Shown: piece after piece, positions 63,727-64,000 of the stretch | How positions within the stretch are numbered: position 1 is the first letter of the stretch | How the letters are laid out: each line of letters opens with the position of its first letter | Assembly (NCBI GenBank): GCA_002429065.1 | Contig: DIYN01000048.1 | Span: 21,727 to 85,726 of the forward strand | Source of the DNA: Verrucomicrobia bacterium UBA6053 | GTDB taxonomy: Bacteria; Verrucomicrobiota; Kiritimatiellia; SS1-B-03-39; UBA6053 | DNA length: 64,000 nt | Reading direction: 5' to 3' | Translations under genes and position numbers: made by a program | The notes under the pieces: model-generated | The model's input: the letters and a program-made list of their open reading frames with translations, nothing else | What the model was told of the DNA's origin: nothing | The model's database searches: none

Positions 63727-64000
63727 CTGTTTCTTGGGATGCAGGTACGATGTGGAGAAGTGGACCATGCCGAAAGAGTGAGGACCCATTCCGGTTGTGG
63801 GGGACCACGGGTTGATCTCGGACGGAGGGTTTTCGAACAGCAGGTTCAGCTGTAGGGTACTCAGGTCCACTCAAGCCGTCAATCCGGGGCAAGCACCGTT
63901 CTTTCTTTCCCATGTGTAGATTCGGTTCCGGTGGGGTCTTCTTGACTCTGGATTGGAATCTGGTCTGGTAGCAGAACTGACCCATTCCCAAACCGAATCC

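Noticed and set aside
1-64000. A search by eye for tRNA/rRNA genes, transposases, integrases, phage genes, reverse transcriptases and toxin-antitoxin pairs.
   Set aside because: I found no T-loop or acceptor-stem-like tRNA signatures in the intergenic regions. No ORF has recombinase, RT or phage structural motifs. The window appears to be stable chromosome rather than a mobile island.

Overview
This is a 64-kb, GC-rich chromosomal segment with about 50 protein-coding genes. I recognised no rRNA, tRNA, transposase, integrase, reverse transcriptase or CRISPR array. The gene content suggests a PVC-type polysaccharide degrader (Verrucomicrobiota, Kiritimatiellota or Lentisphaerota-like). That content includes an ECF sigma / FecR anti-sigma pair, an exosortase-EpsI fusion, GH65, GH130, GH42-like and heparinase-like enzymes, and giant Calx-beta/LamG/PKD proteins. 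This taxonomic call is inference only.

Housekeeping genes I recognise with confidence are yciH, asd, cobB (sirtuin), pcnB, an M42 peptidase, RidA and an Opp/Dpp-type ABC system.

The most unusual blocks are these:
1. A tightly packed nine-gene minus-strand operon (27781-36108). It combines a CysO/MoaD-like GG-terminated sulfur carrier, two E1-like adenylyltransferases (one with rhodanese), a ModABC-like importer with a tandem-duplicated binding protein, a MacB/FtsX-type ABC pair and a conserved unknown Cys-motif protein. It lies divergent to a modA-modB fusion plus modC.
2. Two adjacent giant signal-anchored multidomain proteases (40345-53944). One is a kexin-like S8 protease. The other is a reprolysin-like metzincin with MAM and Ig I-set domains. 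They share PKD-like, Calx-beta and LamG modules and a common C-terminal module.
3. A set of intergenic short-period repeats: (CACTGAC)n, TTGGNTG heptads, GAGGTCA heptads and GACAAA hexads. There are also long-spacer inverted repeats, an 80-bp tandem repeat and a 20-bp perfect palindrome.

All functional calls rest on motif recognition by eye. No database search was run.
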